Source: Folioceros fuciformis
Lineage: Eukaryota
DNA length: 51,901 nucleotides
Direction: 5' to 3'
Assembly (NCBI GenBank): GCA_049999805.1
Contig: JBNGIO010006337.1
Coordinates: 1 to 51,901 of the forward strand
Position numbers and translations under genes: made by a program. Below the pieces are notes generated by a model. That model was not told the DNA's origin. It was given only the letters and a program-made list of their open reading frames with translations, and searched no databases. Shown piece after piece: positions 13,707 through 26,800 of the stretch (positions within the stretch are counted from its first letter, which is position 1; each line of letters starts with the position of its first letter).

Positions 13707-14894
13707 TTATAATGCAGCATTCAATCTAGGGTGGAATGAGAACCATGAAAATGTAGCATGATATCTAGCTGGTGGAGATGTGTCTAATCTATGCCAAGAC
13801 TTCTGGGAACAATCAAATATGACGAATAGATGAGGACTTTTGCATTCACTCAAATAGATGAGATCACCGTGTCCTACACAATTGAATAGTAGGTAGCCAG
13901 GTCTTTTCAAGAGGTATTTGGATAACTGATAAGGCATTGTCTCCACAACAACCCATTCCAAGCTAGGTTGGCGGAGTTCCCATATGCGGATTCCTACAGT
14001 TATAGAATTATGTTCACCAAATCCTCCCACCATTAATAAACGACCTCGACATTCTACTAATTGGGGACATATGTAAAAAAAGGGGGTGGGAGCTCCCACT
14101 TTCCTCCACATACCTTGATTAACACTGTAAGCTGAGACACCATCACATGTGAATTCACCGTTTGGGGCTTCCCATGTCATGAAATAGAGAACTCCATTGC
14201 AATAAACACTTCCAGTTGTGAAACTGACTCTTGATACACCTGTAATGTGCCATTCATTTGTGGTAGAGTCATATACCTCTGTTCGCAAGAGGTGTGTGTC
14301 ATCCCACATCAAATGATTTGTTTGAACAATAATCCTATATGCAACAGATCTGGGCTCTACTACAATTCCCACCAAATTTCCATAGTATCTACCGATCATC
14401 GGAGGTAGCTTCCTCCAAGACCTTGTGATGGGATTACATACACACATGCTAGAGGACCCATTTGATTCTACTAGCCTAAAGCACAATAGGCCACCAGCTA
14501 CTGTCACATTATATATATCCGAAGGTAAGAAGGACAGAGGCAAGGTGAGCCACCTATTCTGAATAGGTATATAAGCAAAAACAAATTGGTAATGAGGATC
14601 AGCAAACATAAGGATCCATGACTCTTGAGAAGGTAGTTGTGAGTAGAGCGTGAGAAAACTTCCTGAGGATACCATAGAGTTCCATCTTTTGCACACTGTG
14701 CGATTGCGACAAAAACTGGATAGAGGAAGCCATGCTAAAACTCTATCGAGAAGATCTTCTGGAAGATAACTCCAAATTGCAGGATCCATAATTGCCTGAG
14801 ATGTGTTGGCTTCACTGCTTGTAGCAACTACATCCCCTGTGCTACATCCTACACTAGTTTGGGTGGAAGGTTCTCTGAGAGCCCAAACATCCAT
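13707..14894 (-). CDS. F-box protein with kelch-like beta-propeller C-terminus (UFO/LCR-like family), intronless CDS
   Basis: F-box IWSYLPEDLLDRVLAWLPLSSFCRNRTVCKRWN; VCNPITRSWRKLPPM; TEVYDSTTNEW; LVECRGRLLMVGG; C-terminal FHPRL. First ATG at 14894. Confidence 0.93.
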   Translation of the reverse strand: MDVWALREPSTQTSVGCSTGDVVATSSEANTSQAIMDPAIWSYLPEDLLDRVLAWLPLSSFCRNRTVCKRWNSMVSSGSFLTLYSQLPSQESWILMFADPHYQFVFAYIPIQNRWLTLPLSFLPSDIYNVTVAGGLLCFRLVESNGSSSMCVCNPITRSWRKLPPMIGRYYGNLVGIVVEPRSVAYRIIVQTNHLMWDDTHLLRTEVYDSTTNEWHITGVSRVSFTTGSVYCNGVLYFMTWEAPNGEFTCDGVSAYSVNQGMWRKVGAPTPFFYICPQLVECRGRLLMVGGFGEHNSITVGIRIWELRQPSLEWVVVETMPYQLSKYLLKRPGYLLFNCVGHGDLIYLSECKSPHLFVIFDCSQKSWHRLDTSPPARYHATFSWFSFHPRLNAAL

Positions 14895-15982
14895 TTTCAA
14901 TCAAAATACCTAAACCTACCTAGTCTTTGATTCTAGAGAGGAGTTTAAACATCGTCATGACCACGCCCTAGCCAAGGTGATCCCATTGCTCTCTTACAGT
15001 ACATAGAGGAACAAGAGAGAAAGTACGCACAGAAAAATGGATGATTGGCATGCTTGGTCAATAAGCTGAACAATTCAAAATACCTAATCTCAATACTTGT
15101 ATCAAATCTCCACCACAATGGACCAGGCGTATAGCATAGGGAGGCACCGGAGCTCAGTGTGTAGTTGGCATGTCCTGAATTTGAATTCGCAAAAAGCTGG
15201 TGGCTGGGAAGGGAAAGGAAGGAGGTGACGATGTTTGGAAGGGCGCTTTATGGTGGCACAGGCACCTTCCAATGGATGGATTGAGAAACAAAATGTGAAA
15301 TTAACGAATTTAATATATAAAAATGTTTATTTGGATACCCATTGGGCATGAGAAGAAAGTGGCAAGAACGAAAGGTTTTCACAACCCCCGCACCGTGCAT
15401 CTCTTCACTTGCCGGGCAGATCCCTTTCATTGGGCACGTCCCAGCTCAGGAGCTGCATGCCTCAGACAGGTGCATCGTGGGTCTTGGGCGTGGCAGCTCC
15501 TCGTGGAATTCCAATAAAGTTGGCAACACTTTGCTTGATGCATGTTGGATGCTTTGCTTTGACGATGGATCGACTTGTGTGGGTCGTCGCGGTCGCCTGG
15601 GATGTCACGTGCCAACATCCACTTGACTCTGCTGCTGTTTCCAGCGCTCAAGTAAGGCGTGTTATCTCTTTCAGATCTGGCTTCGTAGGGAGCATGTAGC
15701 TTGGAGACGGGAATCCGTGAATGATCGAGATTTTGTCACACTTGTCTGGATCCGTGCCTGCGTTGATCGTTTTTTGCGTAGCCGTCAGACAAAGGAATTG
15801 GTCCTTTTGTGTGTGGAATTGCGTCTGTTTGGGCGGAGAGAATGTGTAGGAAGAAGAACCTGAAGCGGTGTTGTGGATGTTTAACATGTACAAAACATGT
15901 AGCTGGTGAGATGCGTGAGTGTTTGGGACGAGTTCTGAGGAGTAGCTCTGGACTGGGCTCATAGGAGGTTGATCAGGGCACG

Positions 15983-17509
15983 ATGGTGGTGCCATCGTCT
16001 CCTGGCTCAGATCCCCGAGAGAGTGTGGAAGGCAGTAGACCACCGCAAGGGAAGAAGTTATCCATGCTGCCCCTGGTGGCTCTCATTTTCTATGAGGTTT
16101 CTGGTGGGCCCTTTGGGGTTGAGGACTCTGTGAAGGCCGGGGGACCCCTTCTGGCCATCCTTGGTTTCCTCCTTTTCCCTTTGGTGTGGAGCGTGCCGGA
16201 AGCACTGATTACCGCAGAGCTGGCCACCGCTTTCCCTGAGAACGGAGGTTACGTCGTGTGGATCTCTGCCGCGTTTGGCCCTTTCTGGGGCTTTATGGAA
16301 GGTTGGTGGAAGTGGCTGAGTGGCGTGATAGACAATGCGTTGTATCCGGTTTTGTTTTTAGATTATCTCAAAAGGGCACTCCCTGTTTTTGCTGAGGGGC
16401 CAGCTCGGGTGACTGCCCTCGTTGTGATCACTTGCGGGCTTACTTACCTGAACTACCGTGGCTTGACCATTGTGGGAATGACTGCTATAGCTCTAACCGT
16501 GTTTTCTCTCTTACCTTTCTGTGTCTTAGCTATTCTCTCAATTCCTGAGATCAAGCCCACAAGGTGGTTCGTGATTGACCTGAGCAATATTTGTTGGAGA
16601 AGTTATCTTAACACTCTTTTTTGGAACTTGAACTATTGGGATTCCGTCAGCACTTTAGCAGGGGAGGTGGAGAATCCTCAAAAGACCTTCCCGAAGGCGC
16701 TTCTGTCAGCTGTCGTCCTGGTAGTGTTTGCTTACATCATCCCCCTACTTGCAGGGACAGGAGCCTTAGATTTAAAGCAGTCTGCGTGGGAGGCTGGGTA
16801 TTTTGCGGATGTTGCAATGGTCATAGGTGGTGCTGGATTAAAGTGGTGGGTGGAGGTGGCAGCTGCACTTTCTAACATGGGTTTGTTTGAGGCGGAGATG
16901 AGCAGTGACTCCTATCAGCTGCTTGGAATGGGAGAGCTGGGTATGCTGCCCGAAGTATTTGCCCGTAGGTCTGTCTATGGGACTCCTGTGTTGGGGATAC
17001 TCTGCTCTGCGCTGGGTGTACTCCTGCTGTCGTCAATGACTTTCCAGGAGATCGTAGAGTGTCTGAATTTTCTTTATTGTTTTGGCATGCTTTTGGAGTT
17101 TGCGGCATTTATTTGGCTTCGATGGAAGCAGCCAGAGTTGTTGAGGCCCTACAAAATACCCCTAAATATTGTGGGTATCACACTAATGTGTGTGCCACCA
17201 TCCACTTTTCTTATTATCATCATATGTATCGCCTCCCCGAAAACGATACTCTTCAGTGTTTTAGCCTCTGGGGTTGGCTTACTTGCATATCCTGCGATAG
17301 AGTACATGAAGGTGAAAAAGTGGATGAAGTTTGCAGTGAGTCAAAGCCTTCCGAACCTCCCCGTTGAAGGGGCTGAGGGAGGTTTGGAGAAGAACGAATC
17401 ATCTGAAGCTGAGACTGGTCTTTTGTCAGCATGGGCGGATGATGTCAAAGTAACAGCTCAAACGATCTCTTCATCAAGCATTAGTTCACCAATTGTCATC
17501 CACTATTAA
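15983..17509 (+). CDS. PUT: Polyamine uptake transporter (PUT/LAT, RMV1-like, APC superfamily), 508 aa
   Basis: [75 protein letters not shown]; about 12 hydrophobic segments. Confidence 0.95.
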   Translation: MVVPSSPGSDPRESVEGSRPPQGKKLSMLPLVALIFYEVSGGPFGVEDSVKAGGPLLAILGFLLFPLVWSVPEALITAELATAFPENGGYVVWISAAFGPFWGFMEGWWKWLSGVIDNALYPVLFLDYLKRALPVFAEGPARVTALVVITCGLTYLNYRGLTIVGMTAIALTVFSLLPFCVLAILSIPEIKPTRWFVIDLSNICWRSYLNTLFWNLNYWDSVSTLAGEVENPQKTFPKALLSAVVLVVFAYIIPLLAGTGALDLKQSAWEAGYFADVAMVIGGAGLKWWVEVAAALSNMGLFEAEMSSDSYQLLGMGELGMLPEVFARRSVYGTPVLGILCSALGVLLLSSMTFQEIVECLNFLYCFGMLLEFAAFIWLRWKQPELLRPYKIPLNIVGITLMCVPPSTFLIIIICIASPKTILFSVLASGVGLLAYPAIEYMKVKKWMKFAVSQSLPNLPVEGAEGGLEKNESSEAETGLLSAWADDVKVTAQTISSSSISSPIVIHY

Positions 17510-17850
17510 CTCTGATGCAACCTGCCTTAACGTCGAAGCTTCATAGGATATTGTGAAAATTGTTCTTCCTGCTGACTAAGGAGCATTCAAAGCTAATTTC
17601 CAAGCTGGGTGCGTGAAACCTAGGGCAGCAAGTGACGCGTTAGTGTCTTTGACGTCCCTCAAAACCGGAAACCTTGTTGTATGATATGCCATCAGCTGTG
17701 GCCTGGAAAACCTAGCGTTTATATTAGCCTGGATGCGGTTACCGCCAGCTCAGTTGGCTCTGCGTACCAGACTGGTTGGTGCTTCACGTTCTAGAGGGTC
17801 CATTTTTGAGTTTCCGATGATCTGTCTCTCGACACTGCTTCTGCAGCGTT

Positions 17851-20800
17851 CTAGGTGACCGCCAGTTTGGTTGGTAAGAAGAAGGCTAGCCCAGACAGTA
17901 GCCAAAGTGGTTTTTCTTCCGGCTTGCATGGAACTTGTATTTGTGCTATGGCCTTTGATCGTTCGACTGTCTCATACAGGGGTATGTTCATGAATGAACC
18001 TAATGGATGAGGTGTGTCTTTTTCCAACCATGAAAATCTGCAAGATGGGACGCAAGATATTTGCTGTGACTTCTCGGAACATCTGGATAGTCTGGATCCG
18101 TTGAACAGAGCTCCTTCTATGGACAAGTCAACTGAGATTGAGCAGATGCTTTCCTCAATGTCGTGTGCACCGTCCCATGTGGTGACAAGCACCAGGCTAT
18201 CAATGGTTGTCCTGGACATTCTAGCAGCTCGATGTTGAAGGGAGCTGAGATATCTGTGTGGGTGGAAAACGTTTGACAAACGTAATAGATTAATTTGCAG
18301 TTGTTGAGCAGCAGCCATGTGAAAGTAGGTGTTGACTGCATCGCTTCTTTGTAGTGCACCTCTGAGATACTGGACTGGATCGTCAGGACCTTCCCACAAG
18401 TCCTTCCAGGTTTGAAGAATATGGCCTGCAACTAGAGTCTGACAGTCGGCCAGTTTCTGAGTATCAGGAGACAATGTCGAGTTGAGTATGTCACAGATCC
18501 CTGAGAGTGATTGCTTAATTGTAAGCAACATTGTTTTGGAGAACTCCAGTTCTAATTGCAGGAACCTCATAACAGGAAACGAAGCATCTGCTGGGAGGGT
18601 CCTTATCGGGGTCCTCACAGATTCTTCCAGCTCTTTTACTGCTTTAGCTATGGAGGAATCAGATAGTTGAAATAGAACAGACAGATGTATAAAGAGCTGC
18701 TCCCTGTCCAGCTGACCAGATGTTAAGCGTAATGCCGTCAGTGCCTTCAACTTAGTGAGTACGGTTCTTCCGTTGCATTGCTGCAATGATGTGTCAATAT
18801 TTGCTGGCAGCCCCAGAAAAGCCGGTGCATTTACGTCTGGTAGTCTCCTCAGAAGCTCCAGGTATTCAGCTAAGCTGGAAGACCTTGGGAGGACAAGTCG
18901 AGTGTCCCCATACTTGATCCCTTCACCCAAATCACATTTTTGAACGATTGGAGGCTTTGGGTTAGCTGTTCCTGCTGTTATGACGGCATCCGACAAATAG
19001 CATTTGACATAAGTCTCCAAAATTGCAGCATCAACTGGATTGTCAATGTGGCCTCCATATATACCACATGCAAGCAGTCCATGGATGTGAGCCCATGGAG
19101 GGTCCTCCCTCTTCTTTGTGATAGCGAGCAGGATGCCAGCTGCTGATCGCAAGTCAGCAAGGCTAAATTCGTAGTGGGTTGTCCACCCCGTAGGAACGTA
19201 TGCTACTCGCTCCTGGACTGCAGCGTGAAGAAGAGCAAGTGCAAAGACCATTTGTCCTTCAAGTGGTCTTAGTTGGGAGAAAAATTCCTGCGTCCATCCA
19301 CCATATATTCCTCGGAGCTTGTTTGTAATTCCTGGCGGAGTCTCACTTGTAATCTTTAAGCTGGCTTCTGCCAGACTGCCTGGGAAATCCTTGTGGGGTT
19401 CGGATGTCATCCAAAGGCGAAAGGCAGGGTGTGCACATAGGTTATGCATCTCCCGTTCTAAAGTTGGCAACCATGCTGTGACCAGGTGCACATTTTTGAG
19501 AAAAAGCCAATGTCCAGCTTCTGCGGAGTTATGTAGCATCCTCAGAGCTTCTGTAGTTTGACCCTGCCCCATGCCTAGTTGATGATAGTTGGATCTTCCT
19601 ACCTGTCGGAGAGCAAATTCTTCAACCTCCAGCGAGGGGTCGGCTCCAGGTGCTGTGATGAATAGGATTGGTTGGTTTGCTCTGGTCCCAGAAGCTAGGA
19701 TTTCTGGGAGGGAAACTGGTGCTGCATGAAAGGATGATAGCCCAAGGGTATGACAGACGTATCGTTTCATTGCCTCCTCCAGCCTATCGGGCCTGAGCGC
19801 CTGAATCATCAAAAGCCTTTGAAATGAAGTTGTATGACTAGCAACGATATCTGGGAACTTAGTTTCACAAACTGGGGACTCAATCCATTCTGTCCAGATT
19901 TGGGAATTGTGAATATCCATGGATTGGACTAGTGTGGGATGTGCGGCATGCATGAGCTTAAATGTTTGTTTCTGGGCTGCTGGTATCCAAGAAGGAAGTG
20001 AAGACTGCTCATGCAATGGTTGATCATTGCCAGGAATGAACTTAGTTGATGTGAGAAGCCGCAGAAAGAGGTCGCGCTCTAGTTTTGAGACTTGATCTAG
20101 CGTTGTAAAACTTTGGGCCAGGTGCATAGCAAAAGTGAGACGATCACTTTTGTACAGTGACCTTGATGTATGGGTGTATATCAACCCCAGAAGCCTCTTG
20201 GATAAGTACGAGATGCGTTGTGCAATTTGTTGTGAGCTTTCCTCTCCCTGTTGTTTTCCGCTGACAGTCTGAGGATCAAATGCCCTCTTAAACAATTGTA
20301 CAAACGCCGGGAGTCCAAAGCAGTACATGGGGTTGAGACTAGCCAGGCCCCTCAAAACGAAATATAGGGAGCTTCCCATGTCTGCAAGGACTTCATATTT
20401 GTTGCTTTGTGTGGTCAGGGACAATTGCAGAGCGGTAAGCTCTTCAAGGGACTTTTCGATGGAGCTGCTCTTGAGCTTTGTTTCATTTAGTGAGTTGATA
20501 AGAATTTTATTTTCCAAGAGGTCACCCTTCGATGTAGCAAGCTGCTCAAGTAGTAGTTTCTCAAGTTTTCTGAGTTGTAGATGCAACTTTTCTTCTGACT
20601 GCAATTACAAGAGTGGTAGTTAGTTCTTAGATGTTTCACGCGTAACGAGAGAGAGAGCAGCAAACATTTTGGCTCACCGGGCCGTGCTAAGATTCGTTGG
20701 CAGTTCCAGTTTGCTTACCTGTAATAGTGAAGCCTTCTGCTTTTCAAGCTGGGGTTGTTCGTGAACCAGTATGGTTGTCAACAGCTGTCTGCGTAGGCTG

Positions 20801-23800
20801 GACTTTGTGACGTTGAAATTGACAGTCATGAGCATCGACATTGTATCTGGCGTTGTCCGCGGTGCAGACTCTCGAGTAAAGAGATATAGCTGGAAGTCTT
20901 CGTTGTAGTCCACCAAATTGCCACCAAGTTGCAGAGTGCACTTGGAACCATGGCGACTTAAGTCATTCCTTACCAAGGGATACAGCATGGGCTCAACCTG
21001 TTCTACATCTTGGACTAGCAGCTTTTTTCCAAACCGTACCGCCAACTCCAGCGACTTGGTGAAATTCGGATCTTTGTATGCCACTACTTCATACAATGTC
21101 TGTTCTCTTTTGAAACACTGAATCAGCCAGGCTGCTACTTTAGATGATGGGTCGATGATATACTGACATAGCTTGGAATGGCGAACAACGATAGCATTTT
21201 CCAATGACAAATCATCAGCTGGGAGACCGTCATTTTTCCAAACAACCATTTGGTCTGTTGACATGAAAGCCTTTATGTCGAATGGTTTGGTTACAGAGGT
21301 TGGGCTTCCATGATCAGTGCACCGAACTAGCTTCTGCCACACTAATTGCATGGCTTCACGGTAGTCTTCCGATCTAGCAGGCAGATATGTAATAAATGCT
21401 GCGGCCATGATAGCTGAGGCAGCTAGCTCCCTTATATCATTTTCCAGTTGCTGAGCCTGCCCGCGGCGTACTTGTTATTTTTGGTTTACTTGCAATGTTT
21501 TTCAGTTCTGCAATTTCCGTAGGTTGTGAGGCTCACCTGATGTTTCCACCGCGCCTCTTCTCCTCCCAGCTTTTGCAGCAGTTCTTCTGCAGAAATTACT
21601 TTGTCACGAGCGTTGTTTAAGCTAATTTTAAGTGCCTCTGCTTCCCCTGTTCTCTTGCTGAACTCTTGCTTCAAAGTTGCGACTGTTTCGTCCACTTTAG
21701 TCATGTCATCCTCACACTGTTGTATACGCTGTTTTGCTGCTTCTATGGGCTTACTGAGTCCGAGAATTTGTTCCTGGAGAGGGCGGATCCCTTCAAGTAC
21801 CAGCGCGTATTGAACGTTTGCCTTGACCCAAGCTGCCACCCAGACGGGCAATGCAGAGTATTACGTTTTGCATTTTGGAGAAAGTCTGTATGACTACACA
21901 CTTCCTTTGGGCGTCTTGGAACTTGTTAGCGGATGTCAGACAGGCTAAGGTTTATCAGTTGTGTCAGATCCTTACCTGCTAGGGGAGCAGCAGCGACACT
22001 GACGTGGTATATGGTGTTGTGCTCAAATGAGCTTGCTCTTGCTTGAAGGAGCTTTTGGACATCATTGCAGAGCTGCCTGTTGACTTTGGTCGCATCAAAA
22101 TTCATAATTTCTTCCTTCACGGTGCGCATCCCAAGAAACTTTTTCATGTTTAACCAAGACGTGTCGTAGTTCCCCATCAGCCGTAGAACCCCTTCTAGCA
22201 CGTCACGTATGGCATCAGGTGGTATCTTTAGAGACCGTATCTCACTGCAGGCAACTGCCTTGTCAGTTACGAGAGACAGACGACCAGTGTACATACAGTC
22301 AAGTTGTGGACGTACTTTAGATGATCAGTTCTAATTTGGCCCACTGCCTTCTTTGCCGCCTCAACTTGTGGCTGCACACTCTGTAACTCATCCTCAACTC
22401 CTCGCCTTCGTGATTGCAGTGCTTTTTCCTCTTCATTCAGGCTGACTTTCAGTTTCTCTATCTCGGCTTTTCTGGAAGTGACACACTGCATTGTGCTAGC
22501 AATTCTCTGGAGAGAATCTTCTGCTTGTGCCTGTTTTTCAGTTACAAGTGACTCTTGCATAGCAGCTTCTTTGGATAGGACTTCCACTTTCTTTGCAGCA
22601 TCTGCCAGCTTTGTGAGACCAGCCTGCAGAATTTGAAGAATTTTCGGTTTGAATTTGAAGAAGTTTCGGTTTGCAATTTCTCCCGAGCCTGGGATTATGA
22701 TGTACGCACCCGTAAATGGTTCATATTCTCTTTCAGCTTGTCCTTTTTCTGCCGAGTAATCAGCTTGAACTCTTCAACAAATATGACATATTGTCTTGGG
22801 GTAACAGACAACCCGCTAGCAATAACACTTCTATGAACGGCCACCATGACTGCTGCAATTGCAGGAACCATGTCCTTATCGATGGTCGATGTGTTATCAA
22901 GTAGCCTGGCCTTAGTGAAATACGCCATGCCATGATCTGACCACTCTTCTAGCCATAGAAATGTACAATGGGTAAATATTGCTCGGTACTTCCCGCGTCT
23001 TGACTCATAGCTGGGGTTGATTGGGTTCATGCTTAAAATGACATGAAGGTTCTTGCGGACCTGATTGAGATAAGCTCTCGCTGTCAATTCAGAACTTTCA
23101 TGCCTGTCAGTAGCCTATTTTCACAGCCACCTGGTTTTTCGGAGGTTCTTACCCGAGAGACGAAGAATGAGAACAACGAAGAGTAGGCAAAGCCTTCCTT
23201 TGCCATGACCTCTTGCAAAGGAGCCAATGCTACCTGGCCGCAAGTCATTAGATTCTAGTTTGAGAAAAGACAAATTGATTCTTTGCGATGTCCCGGAATA
23301 TCAAACGAAATATCAAGTTTGGACAAGTTTAGCACACACCTGAAGTTCTTCTGCGGAGTAGTACTCAGAAAAGTCATTGCCACTGAGCAGACTGTTAGCA
23401 ACTTCAAGAGTGGAAGGGTCAAACAGCTGATGGTCTTCCAGAAACAATATTATCTACAAGACAGATCTGGCTGGGTCAGATCTGAGGAATACATCAGTTA
23501 ACAATGTTCCTTTGATTCCTGACTGTCGTAACGCTAGGATTGTTGCATTGAGCTTAAGCATGTGTTTTGGTGAGAACTCACATTTTTTCCTTCAACGCCT
23601 GCTACCTGAAGTATGCTCTTGATGTCAGATAGAAATGCCTTCTTTCCATAGCTGTCAAATGAGAGGAATTCAAAGTGAGTTGCATTGTGGTATTTCATCG
23701 TCTATCTCGTTTGTATGAAGTGAAATGGCTGCTACCCGCGTGAGACTGCGGGAGTAAATATTGTCATTTGGTGCATGTATGAAACTAAGGTTGTGCACGT

Positions 23801-26800
23801 GCGTCTCCCAACTCCAGTTTTTCCAACCAGTAACATGGAACCACCGGGCCTTGATAAAATGCGGTGCATCTTAGCGATCCTATGCACTATCTGGAGTGAC
23901 ATACTGACATCCACCCATTATCTCCCTGCATACAAGTAAATTGTAATGAAGGTTCTGCAATGTGGCGGATGTACCTCTGGAAACAGAACAATATTCAGGG
24001 GCCTGTTTTCCCGTTCATAGCAGTTCAAGGCATTTGCCACTAGTCCATGAAAGTCATCGATGCTCATCATGCTGAGGACTTTGCTGTCATTAAGCTTACT
24101 GGCTTTAAAGTGGGCCTTGGACATGACCCATGTCGTAAACACCTTGTTAGGTTGCGGTAGGCTCATCTGAATGGACAGATAAAGTCAGGGAGGGATGGGC
24201 TAAACGTAAGTTGCGATGATTAAACGTTCTTTTTTCAACCTGTGTCTTGAAGTTCTTCGTCATGATTTTGTCAAAACGAGTCTTCTCTTCTGGAAGTGTC
24301 ATTTGATCTCTAATTATGCAAATAGCCTGCACGTAGTTGTGGCCCAACCCGTTTGTTAACTGCCGAAGTGCATACAATCACGTGAAATGCGGTTCGGTTA
24401 GTGTCACCTCGTATGCAAGCGCATCTTGAATGAAAACATGTCTCAGGTCATAGAATTGAAGACCCTGCGAGAGATGCAGGAGGAGATCTCAATTATCATC
24501 ACTTCGTGTAAATTTATGTTCCATTTCTGATGGTCTTGAGAGTTGACTATGGTAGTCTATGGCAGCAGATGACTTATTTTTACTGTACCGGGGCTCATAA
24601 CGCAGCTCACCAGAATCCAGTCTGATAGAATTCGCGGAGAAAATCCGTAGTGGCGGTTGTTTTGTGCGGACTCTACATTCTCCAGCTCGTGGTACACATC
24701 CAGGAGTTTTCCTGGGTTGATATTCGTGGTATCCATTAATATTCTGCCCCAGTAATAGCAAGGCACTCGGCAGCCTTATACTGTTTGAGCTTCCTAATTC
24801 ACTTTCAGTGAAAGATCCATACCTGCTAACTCCGTAGTGTTGTTGTTGACTGTCCAGGTAGAGTCCTGCGGCATTGCCAGAAGCAGGACCTTGTGTAGCA
24901 TCTTGGTGTAAATTACCTGTAAGTTTCATGTAGAGAGAATCGGTTTGCAAGGAGGGAATATGTTTGCAACGTATACTTTGTGAATGTTGGATCACTGAAT
25001 GTTGCAAGTTGGTAAGTTGTATTACTGAAAGTTGTTCTTGTGAAGAGTATGGCATAGATGCAACTCGGACAATGCTTGTGAACCCTTTTGCCAAAGGATA
25101 GCTGCCCTGGTCAGCTGCGGAATGCATGGTTGCAACAATCTGCAACACAACAGCTAATAGTTCATCGCCCAAATGGTTTATGAACTTTTGGAGTGATTGT
25201 TTGTTATTTTGTATGCCTTGAAGGTCTGATAGTAGTGAACTAAACTTTGAGAGAAAGGTGGTATTGAACGTAATTGATCTTAGCACCTGAATGTTCTCCA
25301 CATGAACAAATTCCAAGTCATTGTTGTAGAAGCCCTGATAGCATACAAGCTGCCTCAAAAATGAAATCAGCTGGCTGGTCTCATATCTGTGAGGTGCAGG
25401 ACAGAATACATTCGTAGACGTTATATGACTAGATACTGCTTTGTCGCAGAGTGTGTGACTGGGGTCTAACGGGCTGGATTGAGATACCTGTCTGGTTCAG
25501 GAAAGTTAACATTCCGAAGATATACTATCAGGTCTCTGCTGGTCTTGGGAGTGAGTAGTTTAGAGCCGTCTTTGCCAACACATGTCGTGCCCAGTTGGTA
25601 GAGCCTATCCACAACTTCCTGTACTCCTGTCTTTGCACTGACAGTGCGCAAGTTCAGGTTAATATGAGTTTGTGTTTCGGGTGACGCAGGTCTCAGCATC
25701 TTTGCATGTATATCAGAGGTATGAGGTAGATTTGCACCTGCAAAATATTGTTGTTACGGCTGTGGATGTTAATCTCTGAAAGCAGTATTGCAATAGGGTG
25801 TTTTTGCCGCATTTTTCGGGACCCACCTGGAAGTTAGTTTGTTCAGATATATGTTTTACCCCGATAGCTCTGCCTGCCATGACCTTAGTATCATCTGCTT
25901 CACATCGCTTACCAAAAGCACTGGCTGGGATGTTCCAACCCAGGGCCAGACCATGGCTGCTGTTTGAGACATGTTTTCGACATCAACGATGTCTGTCGTA
26001 CAGTCTTTTTGAGGGGCGTATCGTGATAGGCAAGGGAGGTCGTTCAAGGAGGGTTTCTGGACAGGAAGTCCTGACAACTTCTCTATCTCTGAAAACAGCT
26101 GCGCTCTGATCTCTGTTCTCATGCTGGCTCCTAAGCCGTAAGCAAGTCCTTGAACGAAACCTTGTAGACAATGCACTTCATTTATGTGGGAAAGGGCGTC
26201 CTGTAGAATGCCCATCTGCAAATCAAGGTCTTCCGTAGTTATTGATAAACGTATAAAGAAGGATTCCCCGCAAGCATCAGATATCAGATCCAGAGGTGCA
26301 TCCAGCTGAGACCTGTACAGACCTTAGTTCTTGCAATGATAGTTGGATGTGTGCATGCCCAGTGAAAGGCTTTCTTGAAGATTTCTTGAAACCACGTCCT
26401 TGCTTGCGTCACCATTTCCTTTCCCTGGTTGCAAATTTATTCACAGCCCGAATGACGTGACTTAGAGCCCAAGTCAAAAGGTACTATATCTTAGTCAGTC
26501 GTAAATCTTGAATTCAAAAGTAACTGATATAGCAGTAAGGACAGTGAGACTGACCTGAGACGAGAGCCACTTGTCACCAATTCCATCCAGACTGATATCA
26601 TCCTCAGAGAAAACAATCATCTCCATTCTGCTCACTGTTGCTGGTGACGCAAATGTAAGGTTTTCACATTCAAAGAGGAAGTTCACTTTGGAGTTGAGTT
26701 GAATTCGTTCGCCACTGATCACATCAGATGTATGGAGTGACAAGTTTTTACTCATTTTATGGTTTATGAAGTTTTTTGGTTGCTCATCTCAGAAACAATT

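Noticed and set aside
24489-25358. 289-aa ORF inside the dynein gene
   Set aside because: Read-through of introns linking dynein exons in different frames; not an independent gene.
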